Source of the DNA: Antedon mediterranea
Taxonomy: Eukaryota > Animalia > Echinodermata
NCBI RefSeq assembly: GCF_964355755.1
Contig: NC_092675.1
Span: 22,726,912-22,790,911 of the forward strand
DNA: 64,000 nt
Direction: 5' to 3'
Within the stretch, counting starts at the first letter, position 1; each line of letters begins with the position of its first letter. Under the pieces are notes generated by a model that saw nothing but the letters and a program-made list of their open reading frames with translations, did no database searches and was not told the DNA's origin. The translations under genes were made by a program, and so were the position numbers. This document shows positions 35,189 to 62,439 of this stretch, piece by piece.

Positions 35189-37084
35189 CTTTTATGAATG
35201 AATTTCCATTTTAAAAGTGAACCAATAACATTTCTTAAATCTTAATCACTGTATTATCAGATAAGCCTTATGTGGTAATCTCCTTGATGCAGAGGATATT
35301 TTGTGAACCAGTTCACTGGGGTAACCCCCTATTCGTCTCGAATGATGAACTGGGTTCTTTAAAGGTTTATAGTCCTTATCCGAGAAGACTTGTTCCACCA
35401 CATGAACTAGAAGCGAGTCGGCCTCGAACCCTAGCCGATATTGTTGGCTCTTTAGGTACGGTAAACGAAGCTAAATAAAGTAAATACAAATTTTTGATTG
35501 CCTTGTTATAACCAAACTAATATGGGTTATGAATCATCTTCCTATTAGGGTATTTGGGTATTATACAAATTTAATTTTAATTGGTTTTCATTAGTCTAAA
35601 ACAGAATAGTACACACTGTCATTGTGGTGCAAACATACAAAACGAACGAGGAAAATAATGAAAATAAAACATACAAAACAAGAAGAAACAAGTAACTGTA
35701 CCAATTACATGTGTGAATAAAGGAAAAAGAGAGTATAACAAAAATAAAATTACAACAATACAATACATACAGAGTTATTGTTCCCACTAAAAAATTTAAA
35801 TGAGAATGACAACCGGAAGCAATTCTGATGTAACGTGTGGTTTTCTTATAAGCGAAATAATCATTTTATTAGGGATTTTTTTCAAATGGTAAAGCCTAAT
35901 TGTGTAATGGATTCATTATATCTTACGCTATAATATTGTGCCGAGTCAAAACTTGATGACAATGCATTTGTTTGATGTATTTAATCTTTTTTTCATTTCA
36001 TAATTGAAGTTAATGAAATTATACAAAGTAATAAATCATTATGCATTGAATTAAACACAAACTATCGTTTGCAATATATTAGGCAATACAGCTTTTGTTA
36101 ACCACGGAGGAGAAACAACTTACCGGTAATTATCCATGGTTAAATTACCCATAGTACCTAACAATTAACGGTATACCGGGCTACTACCAGTAGTCTTGCA
36201 CCAAATCACACGTGTTAACAAAACATCAAGTTCCATATATTTTAATGATTTTCTATTCGTTATTATTTTTATATATAATTAGTATAGAATTCATGTTTTA
36301 ATAAATAATATTATAAAAGTTTGGTATTTTACCGTATTGTCATTTGACATTAACCAATAGGACTGTATTTAAAATAAGCACAGACGTAATAATAATTAAA
36401 AAACCTCTGCAATATTTAGCAATTAGAAAAGTATCAGACATAGTTGTATAATGCGTATTTTGTATCATGATTGATTAGAATGCAGCATCATAAGTTTAGA
36501 AGGTGATCAAACTTTTAATATCCATCCACATATTTTTATCTTTATTAACTTATTATTTTAATTTTATTGCACAAAACCTATAATATGCAAATTATTCCAA
36601 CTTTTACATTTTAATGGTTGAATAATGTTGATAAGATAATGTAAAACAAACTCTGAAAAAGTGAGACACGCCATTATGATTTTATTCAAACTTTTTGTTC
36701 ATCTTCAGGAAATGGAGATGAACAATATACATTTCGAAATATTAGAATAAATCTATGAGCATTCTTTAACCAACGTTGTATATTTGATTAAGGCAAAGAC
36801 TAACTGACTTACTGAATGAAGCCGTGAATCTACAGAAAAGTACAATTTTTAAAATTTAGTTTAATGTACGTAATTAATCGTAATAATTGTTTCTAACTGC
36901 TATATCCTGTTGTAGTGGGGATTGCGAGAATTTATGAACTCTGCCTGTCTCAGTAAAACCCCAGCCTTTGTCTATACTTTCGTAATGCATCAACGTATAT
37001 TACCACGTTTGATTATTCGTATTGGGTTGATGTACTGTATGTTAGTGAGGTAATTACACTTTAGTTCCTCCCCTCCCTTCGATT

Positions 37085-37350
37085 CTTTAACAGTTAGCTG
37101 TTTCTACTGGTTCATGTCCAGTCCTTTCCTATAGAACATCATTTCTTATTCATTCAGACCTTTTATGTACTATTTGATTAGGCCTGGTAGTTCGCCATGT
37201 TTCTGATCCAAAATAGTAGCCTACATATTTGAGATGGAAGCATTTGTTCTCATGTAACAATTGCCTTCCACACTTTTGTAATTGAAAGCCGGCACCAGGG
37301 CGTTTCCTTAATATCTTCATCTGTCTCTCCTCCAAACGTCGAGGAATTAG
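37085..37350 (-). mobile_element. Degenerate RTE-clade LINE relic
   Basis: Minus-strand fragments ..GADEDIKKR..LQKVWK..FGSETWRTT..IRNDVL*ERTGHEPVE match the RTE ORF C-terminal pattern, with stops and frameshifts. Confidence 0.55.
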
Positions 37351-40300
37351 TTTAGATTCCTCCATGAGTACAGTAAGAATAGGCCTATAGTAAAAGGGCT
37401 CCTTCGTGACGTTTGTGATAGAATACATTAATTTAATTCGCTATTTAATGTATACCTTTTTCTTAAAAGTATAAAGTATACATTTTATTATGAACTAGTC
37501 AAATTCGTTACCCGGAGCTTTTAGTTTTGCTTGGTGTAGTAGCGTGATAAGGACTCGTTTAATAGATTATGCATTAACAATAGTTAAATACAGTGGATCT
37601 ACTGAATTGCAATATTTTGATGCGGAACTTAACCTTACATCGTGTGGAGTTAAATCGAGGTCAAAGTTTAGCTTGTTCTGCGTTTGAACGCAAAAAAAAT
37701 ACATCGGTAGTAAATATCATACCCCGGTGCTTATGATGAAGATTATTTTGATTCAAATCAGGTAAGCATGTATAAAACAAGGTGCTAACACAGCTATGCG
37801 TGAAAACAAACCATTCATCCATAAGAAATTGAGAGGTTTAGTAAAATTAAGGGATTTGTAATTTTACCCGCTTCTCGAACTTTTAGTGAGGTAAAGTCTA
37901 ACCATGAGCTATTTTATAGCTCCATGGTCTAACCATGGAAAAATAACAAACTTACTTCTCCATCATGGTCTAACTAACTAATGCAAGTCATCTAGCTAGA
38001 TATAGCTGACAAACATTTACGTAAGCCATCAACTGTAATTTTAGGATAAAATAAACAATAACAGTATACATAGTTGCCCAGATTGGCATTGCTGATGGAG
38101 GCCGTCGGACCCGACCCCGTGGATGTAAGTCTGCGGTGGGACTACTCAGTTAAGATACGATAAACTTGTTCGTCTGGTTCCCGGTGAATTAAATAGAAAA
38201 TTGAATACTATATATCTTGTTTTTAGAATAATATAACCTATAAGCCAATACTGAAAGATATCGTGTATTAAAAGTATTTAATACAGGTATGCTAATTTCT
38301 AAATGACTTGCGAGTCGGTTAGGCTCTACCTACTGACAGCTGCATTGAGAAATAGTTTAGACCTATATAATATTATTCTACTAAATAATAAAAGTTTAAC
38401 AGGATATGCTTAGCTTTCCTATTGGTATTAATGTTAATACTTTGTTTTTAAAACCATAATGCTTTTATATATCGTTTTTGTCGGCCTTGTTTGACTTTAC
38501 CTTGAGTAAACAAAGCACAGCAAATATGTATAACGGTAATATAATATTTATAACTATACATTCAATTGATGGTGTATAGAATAATCTATATTGACCCTAA
38601 ATTGACATGATTCATGATACATTTATGTAAATAATCATTAAGCAAATATCATTAAACTACTTATAACTTTTCTATTACTTTGAAGTGTATAGTTTTTGTT
38701 AAAACTACATGTCATAGTATAGGTTATCTACCTATCTGTAACATGTCATGTATAAGGAATCATTCACTCCACCTGCGTAACGTGCTTTCTCATTATAGGT
38801 ACCATAATAAAGAAATAATTAATTGTACTCGCTTAGTCAGTCAGAGTGAGGATTATTATTTTTTGTTTTTTTTCAATACTTGATTTATACTTTTTTTTTT
38901 TGCACTTCAACGTTTGTGCTCTGCTTATTCTATTTATTTGATTTACATTTTATTCATACAAGTACTGTGTGCGTCAGCCTATTTTAAAAATTTTTTTTAG
39001 GTAGGCCTATTAGTGTTTTTTATGTTTTGTATTCGTTAATTCAATTGTTTTATTTTGGTTGCATAACTAATGAAAATGTCCGCCTGTGATAATGGTGATG
39101 ACTGTTAGGGCCTGAATTATAAAGATATTCAACGTCATCTTTTATTCTAAATGTCACCATAGCAGTCGGAATAGGGTTATGAACAGCGCTTGTAGACTGA
39201 ACATTACTCGTCATAAATATAATGAAATAAAAACAAAGTTTGTTGAAGTTTAAGAGTTCACAAACAATTTCAATATTTCAATTTTTTTTTTTGCGGTAGT
39301 TACATCCTAAGTATAGGTAGATCGATATTATTTGCTTCATTGGAGGACTATATTAATTTACCGTTGTGCCGCAACCATTTCATACTTATTAAAATCAATC
39401 CGCCAGTAAGGTAGTATCACTTAATTTTCATTTCGAAATCAACGATTCCGGTTCCTTAGACTTAGTCCTGACGGTACTTTTTGACAGGAGTTAACAATGG
39501 CTTCTTTAAAATGTAGGCCTACTGAGCTAATTTATATTTGATCAAGGCAGACAATACAAAAAACGGTCAATACAATATTGAACAGACGACTTCAATATTG
39601 TTTACTTCACAATACCTGTGTATTGCACGATTATTTTTTAACCAATCCGTTTGGTGCCTGGAGATCTAACTTGCGCAGAAGTCACTTATTAAACGAGTGT
39701 ATATTATTGGTAGGAATACTGACGTTCATGCAGACCTGCTGGAGGTCATTACCACAGTAGCAGCTGGAATAGGAATGACAGGACGGTATGCAACAACAAA
39801 TGCTAGGCTACAATAAGTTGACAGTGTATACCGTGTTCTAAGCTAATTAGACTAATTATGCGAATGGATAATACGGATTTTACTTCTTCTAATGCTGTAC
39901 TGAAATAACGGTAAGAGTTAATCAGTGTTTTTAGGAGTTTTTAGGCAAGTCAAGTCAAATCAAACCGAATTGCGTATTTCGATATACATGTACAGAAGCT
40001 AGCATATAATGTGATGGCTATAAATATAATGTAAACAAATATCACTTCGAATTACAGGAGTCTTATGTGAATAGGCCTATTGAGAATACCAACGTTTTAA
40101 ATCTATTTATAATTTTAATGAAGTATGTGTTTGTCAATGGTGAAACAATCTAGAAAGATTATGTTTCACATACAAATGCAAATACGAAAACAAAACAATA
40201 ATATAAATAGCCACTTATTGTCTGGCCGTTTTACTGTACCATATCGTTGTGGTTACTTTTAATTATATTATTTGTACTGTAGGTCTATACCACTAAGATC

Positions 40301-41364
40301 CAACCAATCAATATCAAATGAAGGAATGTAACATATATCATATTAAGCCATTATTTAGTACATTCTAATATAAAGAAAACTATTGAACGATTTTTTTAAA
40401 TAAAGGATAGGCCTAATTAGATTCAATAAACCTACAAACACTTTTCATAGTGTCTACAATTCTGTTGTTGTTGTTGCATGTTTTAGTAGGCATCTATCAT
40501 TCACACGGTACTTTAATATAGATCTTAAAAATGACGCATCCTTTGGATCAATATTTAGTCTTTATCAATTGATTCCGTCTTTTTGGAATATGCTATTCAC
40601 TTTATAGGCCTATGTATTAAAAAAAATTATTATTCGGCCTATCTACCTACGTAAAATTTAATGGAAAGTTGTTGAATTAGATTTTCGTGTGGAAATTGTG
40701 TAGGCCTTTAAATAAAGTAATGTATAGCAACATCTAAAGGTCCGTTTATACTCTCTATAATTATGTATGCATACTAATCAAAAGCATATCCGAATAACGG
40801 TACAACCGGCGTAAATAGAGTATACTCATGTGATCATTAACTATCTTATACTTATGTGGTTACCTCCGATAGTTCATGTGCACGTTACGTAAAGCGATAA
40901 CGTCTTTCCATCGGAGTATATTATGATGGAGTATATATTCTGATTAGTTTTGTTTGCGTTTGAACGCAGTATTGCAAACTAAACCGCAAAGGGTGACTGT
41001 ATTTAACTCCGATAGAAAAGAGAGCGTGAAAACATCTCCAATTATTATATATTTTGGGAAATGAACTTTTGAATTAGCTTACATTAATATATATTTATTA
41101 TTTAATTTTTGTTGAAAACAGTTATATTTTGTTTTCGTTCTGTGCTATTTGTTATTTGTTTTTTTATGGCAATACTGTAACGTGCGGTGAGGTGAGAGTC
41201 AATAAAGAATTGCGTATATTTACCAAAACTACATAAAACATCATAAATAAGTATCACTGTGATGTCATAGATGTACTTCAATGTCTGTTTGCAGATTAGA
41301 TAACACTACAATAATGTATTGCTGTATCACTGTATACCAATTATTCATTTTGTAGGCTTGCAAC

Positions 41365-44300
41365 ATGGAATCGTTGACCAAGAAAGAAGAAGCAGAGCTG
41401 CCACATATATCGCATGGTTTCCTTAAACGTATTCATGAACATTGGGGCTGGGTTGTTACAATAGGCGTTTCAGTGGTTTGGTTTTTAATCATCGGATCTC
41501 ATTATGTATATGCACTTACTTTTATTTCACTTCAAAACGATTTCGATGCATCTGCAACCCTGATAGGTAAGTCAAAACTATAATGTAGACAATAGAAGTT
41601 TCCCAAAATCACCAGATATTATCAACGTCATAAAACTACGCCGATACAAGTGCATTTTAACTATCAAATTTCAAAAGCCTTTCAACTAAAATTTATATAG
41701 GCCTACAGATGACCTATTTGTATCCACAATGACTTTGCAGTATCGCTAGATTGGAATAACTGTAATAATAGGCATTGGTCCAAACTATGTCTTAGGAGAG
41801 GAAAAAAAAATCACTTGCAATATTTGCAATATGCTCTACACGGGTAATGCAGAAACGATTTTGCTAATTGGGGAGATCTAAGCCTAATTATCAAGTGCAA
41901 ACACCGACAAAAAAATCAGAAATACATAACTAACAATAGTGCTTGCTGTCTCACAACTCCATATGGTTTTAAAAAATCAAATCAACAAAGTATTGTATTT
42001 AAAAAGATATACCGTAACTTTTTAATGTATGCTAATATAATTATAGTGTTGTTTTATTTTAGGTGGTAGGCCTATTATCAGAGAGGGCAGTTTTTTCGCA
42101 ACTTGTGGTTGCTGAAACATTATATCTGAGAACGTCCGATATAGCCCTACTAGTCTATCAATATTATAGATGTCATTTCTTGTCTTTGTAGGTTTAATTG
42201 GTTCCGTGTACCTATCTCTCGGCTGTTGCTTATCCCCTGTAACGTCATGGCTACAGCGACATTACTCTCACCGTACTATATCCATATTGGCCATCCTCAT
42301 CACCACCGTTTCATACGTCGTGTCATCATTTATGCAATCATTAGTCATTCTCGTTTTTACATTCGGTGTGTTAAGTGGTATTGCATATAACTTTGTATAC
42401 ACATCTCTACATCATATTCTGGTATGCTATTTCCCATCAAAAAGATGTCGTGCACCAATAGCGATTGCTAACGTTGGGCCAACAATAGGTTAGTAGTATA
42501 TTAAATTAAGCCAATACATTCCGAAATAAATGCAAATCTCGACGTTTTGTTGGAAATGTTGTTCAAGAAGTAATTTTATAGGTAATAGATAAGTACCTAT
42601 GATGATGATATTTCATTTTATTTACGAAAAATTCCTTCTGAAAACAGAGAGAACAAACAAATTACAAAAAAAAAAATAGCAAAGGTAGATGGAAACAAGT
42701 AAACGTCTCAGATAATCTATGTGTTTTTTTTGTTTTTTTTTACATTTATATCTGTATTTTATGTCTCATAGCAAACATAATTTCTATGTATAGGCCTATA
42801 TTTTTTATTGTATATGCAAATGACAAAAAAAGGAAATGATGATTTCCACTAATGAATGAATGAATGAATGAATGACCGTTATGCACGACGACGATGATAA
42901 TGACGATGACGACGACGATGATGATGACGATGACGCCGACGACGATGATGACGATGACGCCGACGACGATGATGACGACGTGATTATATTGGTGATGGCT
43001 GAAATCATGTGAAAAACTTTGGCATCAAAACAATATGTCCCCTTGTTCGTTTCAGAGGCTAATATGAGTGTCCCAAAGGACTACCGGTATTGTAAATGCT
43101 AAATGGAAATAGTTTAATAATATATTGTATCTTTTTATTTAAAAATTTAGCCATGCTATGCCTTAGCCCAATTATAGAGAAATTACTATCGTTGTATGGA
43201 TGGAGATGGACTCTTCGCATTCAAGGATTAGTCATCTGTGTTTTTGGACTGCTAGCCTGTACGGTGTTTAAGAAACCTCCAGTATGGAAGAAGTCAGAAA
43301 AACAAGAAGAAAAGAAGAGCCACGGCCATAGCGGCTACTTGACGGCGGTATTGAAGCTACCAGAAACATGGATATTTAGCCTGGCAACGTTTCTAACTGG
43401 AGTTGCATCGACCTTCTTATACGTTTACATTGTAAGTTTTTTTTATTTTGATTTAAAAAAAAAATTCTGGTAACGTTTGTTTGCTTGGTTTGTGAACACA
43501 TATCTATTTTTACGAAACACGACGTAAGAGCAACGCAAGTGAGCTACTGGCAGTTCGGATGATCCATCGCGTCGTGATTGGTCAGTTGTGTTGCGCTTTG
43601 TCGTCTTGCTTCGTGTTCTAGTCGGAACCAAGCTTTAAAGCTCAGCATCTTTGAAATAATAATGCCCTATTGCACTTTACCACGGACACATAGCTTTCTT
43701 CTTATTTCTATTCAATGTAATGTTTGGTAAAGCGTGGTTCCCACTAGCAACGCAACACAAGTGAATTGACCAATCACAAGCGATGGCTTATTCGCTTGTG
43801 ATTGCTGACCGTCTATAACTTCGCTTGTCCTTGGTTAAAAAGCTTGCGTTGCGTTTACGTCCTTGCGTTACGTTCTAGTGGGAACCAAGCTTTAAGGGCC
43901 CTGATCCTGCCGCAATGTTTTAGTAAACTTCATCTGACCTCAATTCACGCATTATGTTTCTGAATAAAAATATGTTCATCTTTTGTATTAATGCACGACT
44001 TCCTATTCACCTTTTTTTAAATACAATAACCACATCCGTTGAATAAGGCTTAAATTAAAGTACAAAAACAAAGTGAGAAGCGATACATTCGCTCAATATA
44101 ACGTTTTCAAATAATTTTCTTGATTGTCTTGGAGTTTGTGACGTGCACAGTATATATAATGAAAATCATTAACTATAATGCTGCTTTCTAGATATTAAAT
44201 CAATTAATACTGTTTTGAAAGCTTAGTTTGCACATGAAATTAATGTAAAACTCTATAATTATTGTAAGCCGTTCAGTTTTGTTGAAGGATTATGGTGCAC

Positions 44301-47061
44301 AGGGAAAATAAGGACTGCAGAAATAGTTAATCACTACTAACACAGGAATAACTCAGTTTTGAACAGGAACATACTGCGAATGCAACATAATGTTCATACA
44401 TTATCAAAATAATTTAGGCCTACTGTATGCTTAAGCCTATTGTCAATAGGTCTCTTTAAAGCTCAGGTACAGGCATGCATTTTAAATATAATATCAGGTT
44501 AATAGTACATAAATAAAATATTTGTAACAGAAATCAAGACAAAAAAACATGAATTTCCCTTAATATGGTCAAATACAAATTTGGCAAAATTCTGCCATAA
44601 GTAAGACTTTTTTTCAGTAGTTAGTTTAACCTAATGTAATAACATGTCTGGTGACTCCCTAGAAGGTGAAAAGAGATGGTGGATATTCGGTGGATAATTT
44701 TTGCTATAGCATGAAAATAAAAATCTGAAGTTGAATAAAAATACAAAAAAAAATGTAAAATTCAAGTTATATTACCTATATTTAGTCATCTGGTAACATT
44801 TTTTACCACACCGTTTATTTTTCATAGCTTTTTAAAATGCCTCTATATTACAAAATGTGTGTACAAAAGAATAGAGATTTTACTGTGAACTATCCCCCCA
44901 CTGATAAGAAAGGGCTTATTTTCAACAAGCTCGTGTAACACAAATAAAATCCCAAAAATTATGAAACAACTATAGAGCGATAATTATTGGAATGTATGAT
45001 CAATAGACATTTTTTGCCCGTACCTGGCCTTTAAAGTTTATGTTTATTCTCACGAAATAGAAATACTGTAGGCGTATACTGGTAACAACTTGAATTGCTT
45101 TTAAATTAATAATTGACATTGACAATACAGTAAGAGTTAAGTGGATTTTAAAAAAAATATTTAATGATGAATAAATAATGAAATCCTATTCGTATTGGTA
45201 TGCGTATTATTATCTATTGCACCAACACAACAATTGGTTTTTATTGCTTTCTTTGTGACGAGAAAAATTTAATATCATATCATAGAGAGGTCATGGTCAA
45301 ATTATTGGTTAAAACCATGCTTCACGTGTTTTATAGTTTATCAGACAACCTATTCATAAATTGTTGTCTATACTATATCTGTCTACGATTAAAATAATCT
45401 GGCAGCCCTGCTGTAATATACTATTTCTGTCTATGTTTACATTATATCTTGCTTGCTTTCCTTTAAAAGAAATGGAAATATCCATAAAAGGTACAAATGA
45501 AATTCTTTTACACCGGCCACAAGGCATCAATTCAAATTCTTTATAAAGAGCGTTCTTCCCAAAATGATAAGTTTGCTACGTATACGTTGCTTTTGGAACT
45601 TAAATTACCATTTTCTTGCAAACAGCAAGCAGCAAATGCCTGAGGATATTTCATTTGAAAGTTCTTGAGATCAGACCTGTTCTCTCTTATGCAAAGTTCG
45701 TTACGAAATTTGACGATAAGTTTTCAGAAAATTGAAACAAAATCTGCTAAAATAAGTGTCCCATTTTAGTCTAATGTTTGTCTAAAATGAAATTATTAAA
45801 AATTTCTGGAGCTTCATTTTCAACCAGTTTATTCGTCGTAGGCTTACAATTGAAAGAATTCAATGTTTATTTGAATTGAAAATAATTGTTTATTGAGGCC
45901 CATCCAAATCCACATAAACACCAATGAATGCTTTCTTTCAGGGAAGTTATATCGTTAGTAAAGGATTAACAGAAGAGCAGAGCAGCCTCGGAATGACAGC
46001 ATGTGGTTGCGGCAGTCTAGTTGCGTGTTTTATCGGCGCTGTTGTCATCGATAGAACTTCCTTTCCGACGATTTATCTCCTGCCAGTTCTCAGCGTGTTA
46101 ACATCTCTTACATTCATTATCTTGATATGGGTTCATACGCTCGTGCCTGTTATCACAATGTGCATAGGTATGTGCTTTACAGATGTATAGGGCCTATTCG
46201 CATACATAACACCCAAGTCTTAACATGCCCTAATCTGACAGGAGATTACACCACGAATATTCCATAAAGGCACGGTACCATTAAGAGCAATTTTGATAGA
46301 AAATAATGCGCAATTACGTATTTTGTTACATTGTGAGGATAAAGATGTTTAAAAAAATGTTATATTCATAATATTATCTTATCTAAATAGTTGTTGGATT
46401 GCTCCGGACTGGATACAACATACTGATTCTACCACCGGCAGTGGAGTTACTTGGAACGGCTAGGGCACTTGAGGCTGGAACCCTGTCAATATCAAGTCTA
46501 GGAGCTGGCTATATTGTTGGCTCTTACATATCAGGTAGTTAGACCTATCTTAAAGCTGTGTCTACACTATCAAACTAGTGTGATGTACCCAAATATGGTA
46601 GTTATATGCTCAAATATCGTAGTCATATGCCCAAATATGGTAGTGATATGACATCATCATGTCCATTTATATGGGCACATCACAATTCGTGATGGAATGT
46701 TTTCATGAGCCATGATCAATAGCATTGTTTCTGTCCGAACATAATTGATTTCTGAACTTTGTTTCAAAGTCTGGAAAATAAAGAAAGTTCTTTTATTTAT
46801 TAACAAATACCAATTTCATGTTATTTTCTAGGTAAAATGTTTGACGCATTTGGATCGTACGACATCGCACTCTACATATGCTCAGGAATATACTTAGCAG
46901 CGGCAATGTTAGCTCTGATGGCCCCAATTTATCAACGTATCTTTGCACGTGATAGGTACATGGTTGACAGGAAATTTACAGATTTACAAAATACAGAAAA
47001 TTTACAGGTGCCAAATGTCCAATACGAATATTTATTAATCGAGCGAGAGAGTGTGATTTAA
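41365..47061 (+). CDS. Monocarboxylate transporter family (SLC16/MFS) protein, 6 coding exons, about 459 aa
   Basis: Exons 41365-41566, 42192-42488, 43151-43431, 45942-46167, 46391-46534, 46832-47061 (1380 nt, phases consistent). Motifs: EHWGWVV (DGGWGW-like), TFGVLSGI, YFPSKR, YGWRWTLRI, GKMFDAFGSYDIALY; many hydrophobic segments. Confidence 0.9.
42885..42981. repeat. (GAC/GAT)n microsatellite preceded by (ATGA)n
   Basis: Direct reading; intronic in the SLC16 gene. Confidence 0.9.
44460..45030. mobile_element. Kolobok-like MITE with TTAA TSD
   Basis: TTAA|AGCTCAGGTACAGGCA ... TGCCCGTACCTGGCCT|TTAA. Confidence 0.6.
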
Positions 47062-50000
47062 TCTGCTGAGTTTCTTGATCAGGAGGGATTACTTAAAGAA
47101 TTTGAAAGTTGAAATGTAAACAGACATTGATATTCGCAGTTTGAATCATTATGCCCCTAGCTATATGAAAATGCCACGAGAAAAAATATCGACTGCTGAC
47201 TTGTTGTACCACGGTGGATTCTCCACCAAGGATCAGAGTGACATTCACTCTTCCCTGATTCTACTCTGATTTGTTTTAGAGGAATGAGTGTTACTTTCAC
47301 GATTATTAATATGCCATATTCAGAAGCATACAAACTGTCTTTCATGAAACCTCTCTGCTATTGAGAATTATATTAGGGGAAACTTTCATCGTTACTGATA
47401 CCTACATCCTGGATCAAGGATACCCACGTTACTATAAAGAGAACACGAGTATATTGTAAATAGGCCTAAGAGAAACTATAGAGTCAGAAGTCAGAAATAA
47501 GTGCAATTGAAATAAGGGGATTCAGTAGTTGCTAAGGAGTTACGGAACTAATTATGTCTGTCACAACCTGTGATGGTTTAATGGCAGTCACTAAATATTG
47601 TTAATAAATATTTCTGAGTATATTTACTTGATTTTTCTTCTTTTAAAAAAAAAATGCCGCGGCGCACCGTGCGTTATACCTCAGCAGAGTAAATAATACA
47701 TCTTAATTATTTTTACCATGTCTTCATTGATAGTTAAATAGGCCTATATTTCGTTTCAAACAAATTCAGAAATTCCAGCAAGGCCGCGTAAAGCGTGAAT
47801 ACTTTCACAAATTAAAGGTATGGCTTGCAATATCCTAAAATCAATTCTATTGTGAAAATCAGAAACGTAATTTGAAAAACATGTTTATTTCATAAGAATC
47901 CTATCTGAATTCTGTATTTATCCTCGGATTGAAGTCCTTTCAACCGGCAAGTTGTATTCTCTGAACAATGGAGTAAATTGCACGCACGCATCGAATATAA
48001 TTTTCTTTAAAAGGTACTAGTACTGCATAATGGGCATGTCAACTGCATGCATGCATCAAATGGAATTTTTTTTTAATAGTTTAAAAAAATTGGGTCAATT
48101 GCACGCATGCATCTATTGGAAAATAAATATTTTTTTTAAAATCAAGGTACTGTATTATCATTTCATAACTAAAACAACGGTCGGAGATTATATTTGCTAC
48201 AATTTGTAGTAGTAATACTTACTAACGCATATAGCTAAGTGTGCGGATTGCTGGTGAAGCTCAATTCCCGAGGACGCAACAACGCAAGCGCCACTTAAGT
48301 GATTTCACCAATTACAGGCGATGGATCATCACAAATGTCGCCTGTGATTGGTCAACTCACATCTTTGCGTTACGTCTACGAGGAACACAGTTTGGAACTC
48401 CATCGAGGCATGTGGCTCCCCCACAACGTTGTCCATTGTTTCGTTTGTGTGTGGTTGTACAAGCCGTCGGGCATCTACTATCGATTTTTATGCATCATAA
48501 AATTACTGATCTCCATCGAAGCATACCGTTTACAAAAGAAAGACGTGGTACACAAAGAAACAATTGTATTGTTGTATGGGTGTGTTGGTTCTAATGAACT
48601 TTAAACCTAGTCCGGAAAATTATTAAAGTTCGTCTTGGCATAATACGATAATACGGAAGTTGAATATTGATCATACGGAATTTATACATTGGCTATTTCT
48701 ACAGTATAAGATTATTAATTTCGCAACTACTGTGTTTGTTTAACAGGAAAGTGTTTAGTGAATTGCCATTTAGCCCAACATTTACAAGACAACCGACAGA
48801 TATGGCTATACAAAAATAAGTCTATACTGCACAACATATATTCTATGTATGAAAACCAATGATAAATTATTATAAGTGGTGTTGAAGTATTATCATGGTA
48901 TTATACAATTAATGTTAGATTAAAATAAGATCAGCTTAGATTCATAACTTTATCGACATATTTCTCTGTAATAGAATTTGAAGCGCTTTTATATATGTTT
49001 TTCAACTTATGCCTGATGCAATTTAAGATCAAAGTATTATTAAAGAGGCACTAATATCAGAATAATGCTTATTAGATGTATGCCATGATTGGTTAACAGC
49101 CCTAATTTAAAAAAATGTCTCTGGTTGGTCAATGGTCTTTAATTATTCAATACAATATAGGCCTATACAAATTAAGAGAGCTTTCTCAAATTACGAAATG
49201 ACAGGTTCCCATCCATACCAACTTAATGTTAATCAAAACAAGTTTTTCATCCGTTAAAATATCATTGTTCTTACTAAATCAGGATGTTATTTTGCGTGTG
49301 GAGCAGTGTGTGCTCGGTCAACTCACGTGAGTGCTCGTAGTGGAAGATTGCGATCCGCGGCTGCTGACACAAACCGATATCTTTTCTCCTTTCTGCCCAC
49401 ATGTATCAGGAGACATCAGCGACATTCATCCAGATGAGCACCATGAAATAATATGTAATAATATGTTCTTGTGAGTTTTTAATATTGGTATTGTTGTATT
49501 GTCATGTTATTTTATATATTGTAATTATGATGTATTTGAAGACGAGCAATGTAATTTTCTCCTTGTGGGAACGAATAAAGATTATACTTGTTGGACTACT
49601 GATCGTGAGATTGAGGTTCGAATCCAACTCTCGCTGCATTGCTTGTATTCTTTGGCAAGATACTTTACTTACGTTTGCCTCTCTCCACCCAGGTGTATAC
49701 ATGGGTACCCGGTTAGATCAAGACACAACTTTGCGCTGATTACTTGCTGCATTATGGGAGTACGTTTCCATACGCGTTTGATAAAAAAAATGACTGGGGT
49801 AATAATGTTCAGTGCTTAGAGGTTTCACAACATTAGGCGCTACATAAATACAGGATATTATATTATTATTATTTGATTGGACTTGTGGAAATCAAAGAAA
49901 GCATAAATGGTTATCATAGTTGTACGATGAAAATGTTTTTGGTTTCCGAAAAAAAAATGCATACTTATCTACTTATCATCGATCGTTAACGACTTAGTAT

Positions 50001-50998
50001 GAATGGGTCTTTCCTGTTTTGACAATGGCTGACGAGACTATGAGATTTAAAACTGTGCTGTTGATGTTCACATAGGTAGTTAGAATAATACGAAAAAGTG
50101 AAGTATGCGCTCTATGTGGTATATAAACAACCCACATAGTTGACATTGGTTTTATTGAGACTGCAAATATTAGCTGTGATTTTGAAACTAGACAATACAC
50201 TTTATAACACACTTAAGTATGTTTGATAGATGTGTATCATGTTGCGTTGGTTGCTTAGTTACATTGAACAATAAAGTTAAAATGGATAAAAGTTGAAAAC
50301 GAATAATGAATGTCTTAAATTTGCTAAATGGTGGAATATATTCATTTTTCCCACTGAAATGGTTTAGGCAATGTGGCCAAGGATTACAAATAGTGAATTA
50401 ATCACTGTCCTGTCAGATACAGGGGCTATTTTGTGAACCAGTTTTCTGGGGTAACCCCCTACTCTACTCTTCTTCCTTTTCCTTTTCATTTTCATATATT
50501 TGTATAACATTGTAAAAAACATTGTAAATATAAGCATCATTAAAAAAAAAATATTCTCGAAGCGCTGTGGAAAAAAAGATAAGGGAAAAGGACGAATATT
50601 AATAAAGTTGAAAAAAAAAATCTTTTATCCCATTCAATTCATAAACTTTATTATTTAGATATACCGTGTCTCATGATAGTGTATAAATCCCAAACAACTT
50701 TGAATCATAAAACCCTGCGCCTCAACCCACTCCAAATGTTTTAATTACATAATAGCCTAGTAAAATATGCGAACGTGATTAGTTAGAAATGGCATCAAGA
50801 CTACTGATTCAAAGATCAAATCTACCTGGGCAATATAATTATGTCCTGTAAACTCCTGGAAAATGTGCAAATTCTAAGAAATCCTAGATTCTATAAATTC
50901 CAGGGCAATCCTGCAAATTCCAGTTGAATCCTTCAAACTTCCATACATTTGTATTGTGTTGCATTTAAAGTTGTTTATGTTATAAATAATAATCAACA

Positions 50999-62439
<11,441 letters not shown>

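Noticed and set aside
38076-38190. GC-rich patch considered as a ribozyme or ncRNA
   Set aside because: I could not build a hammerhead, HDV-like or tRNA fold by eye.
42805-43008. Poly-Ser ORF
   Set aside because: It is an intronic GAC/GAT microsatellite.
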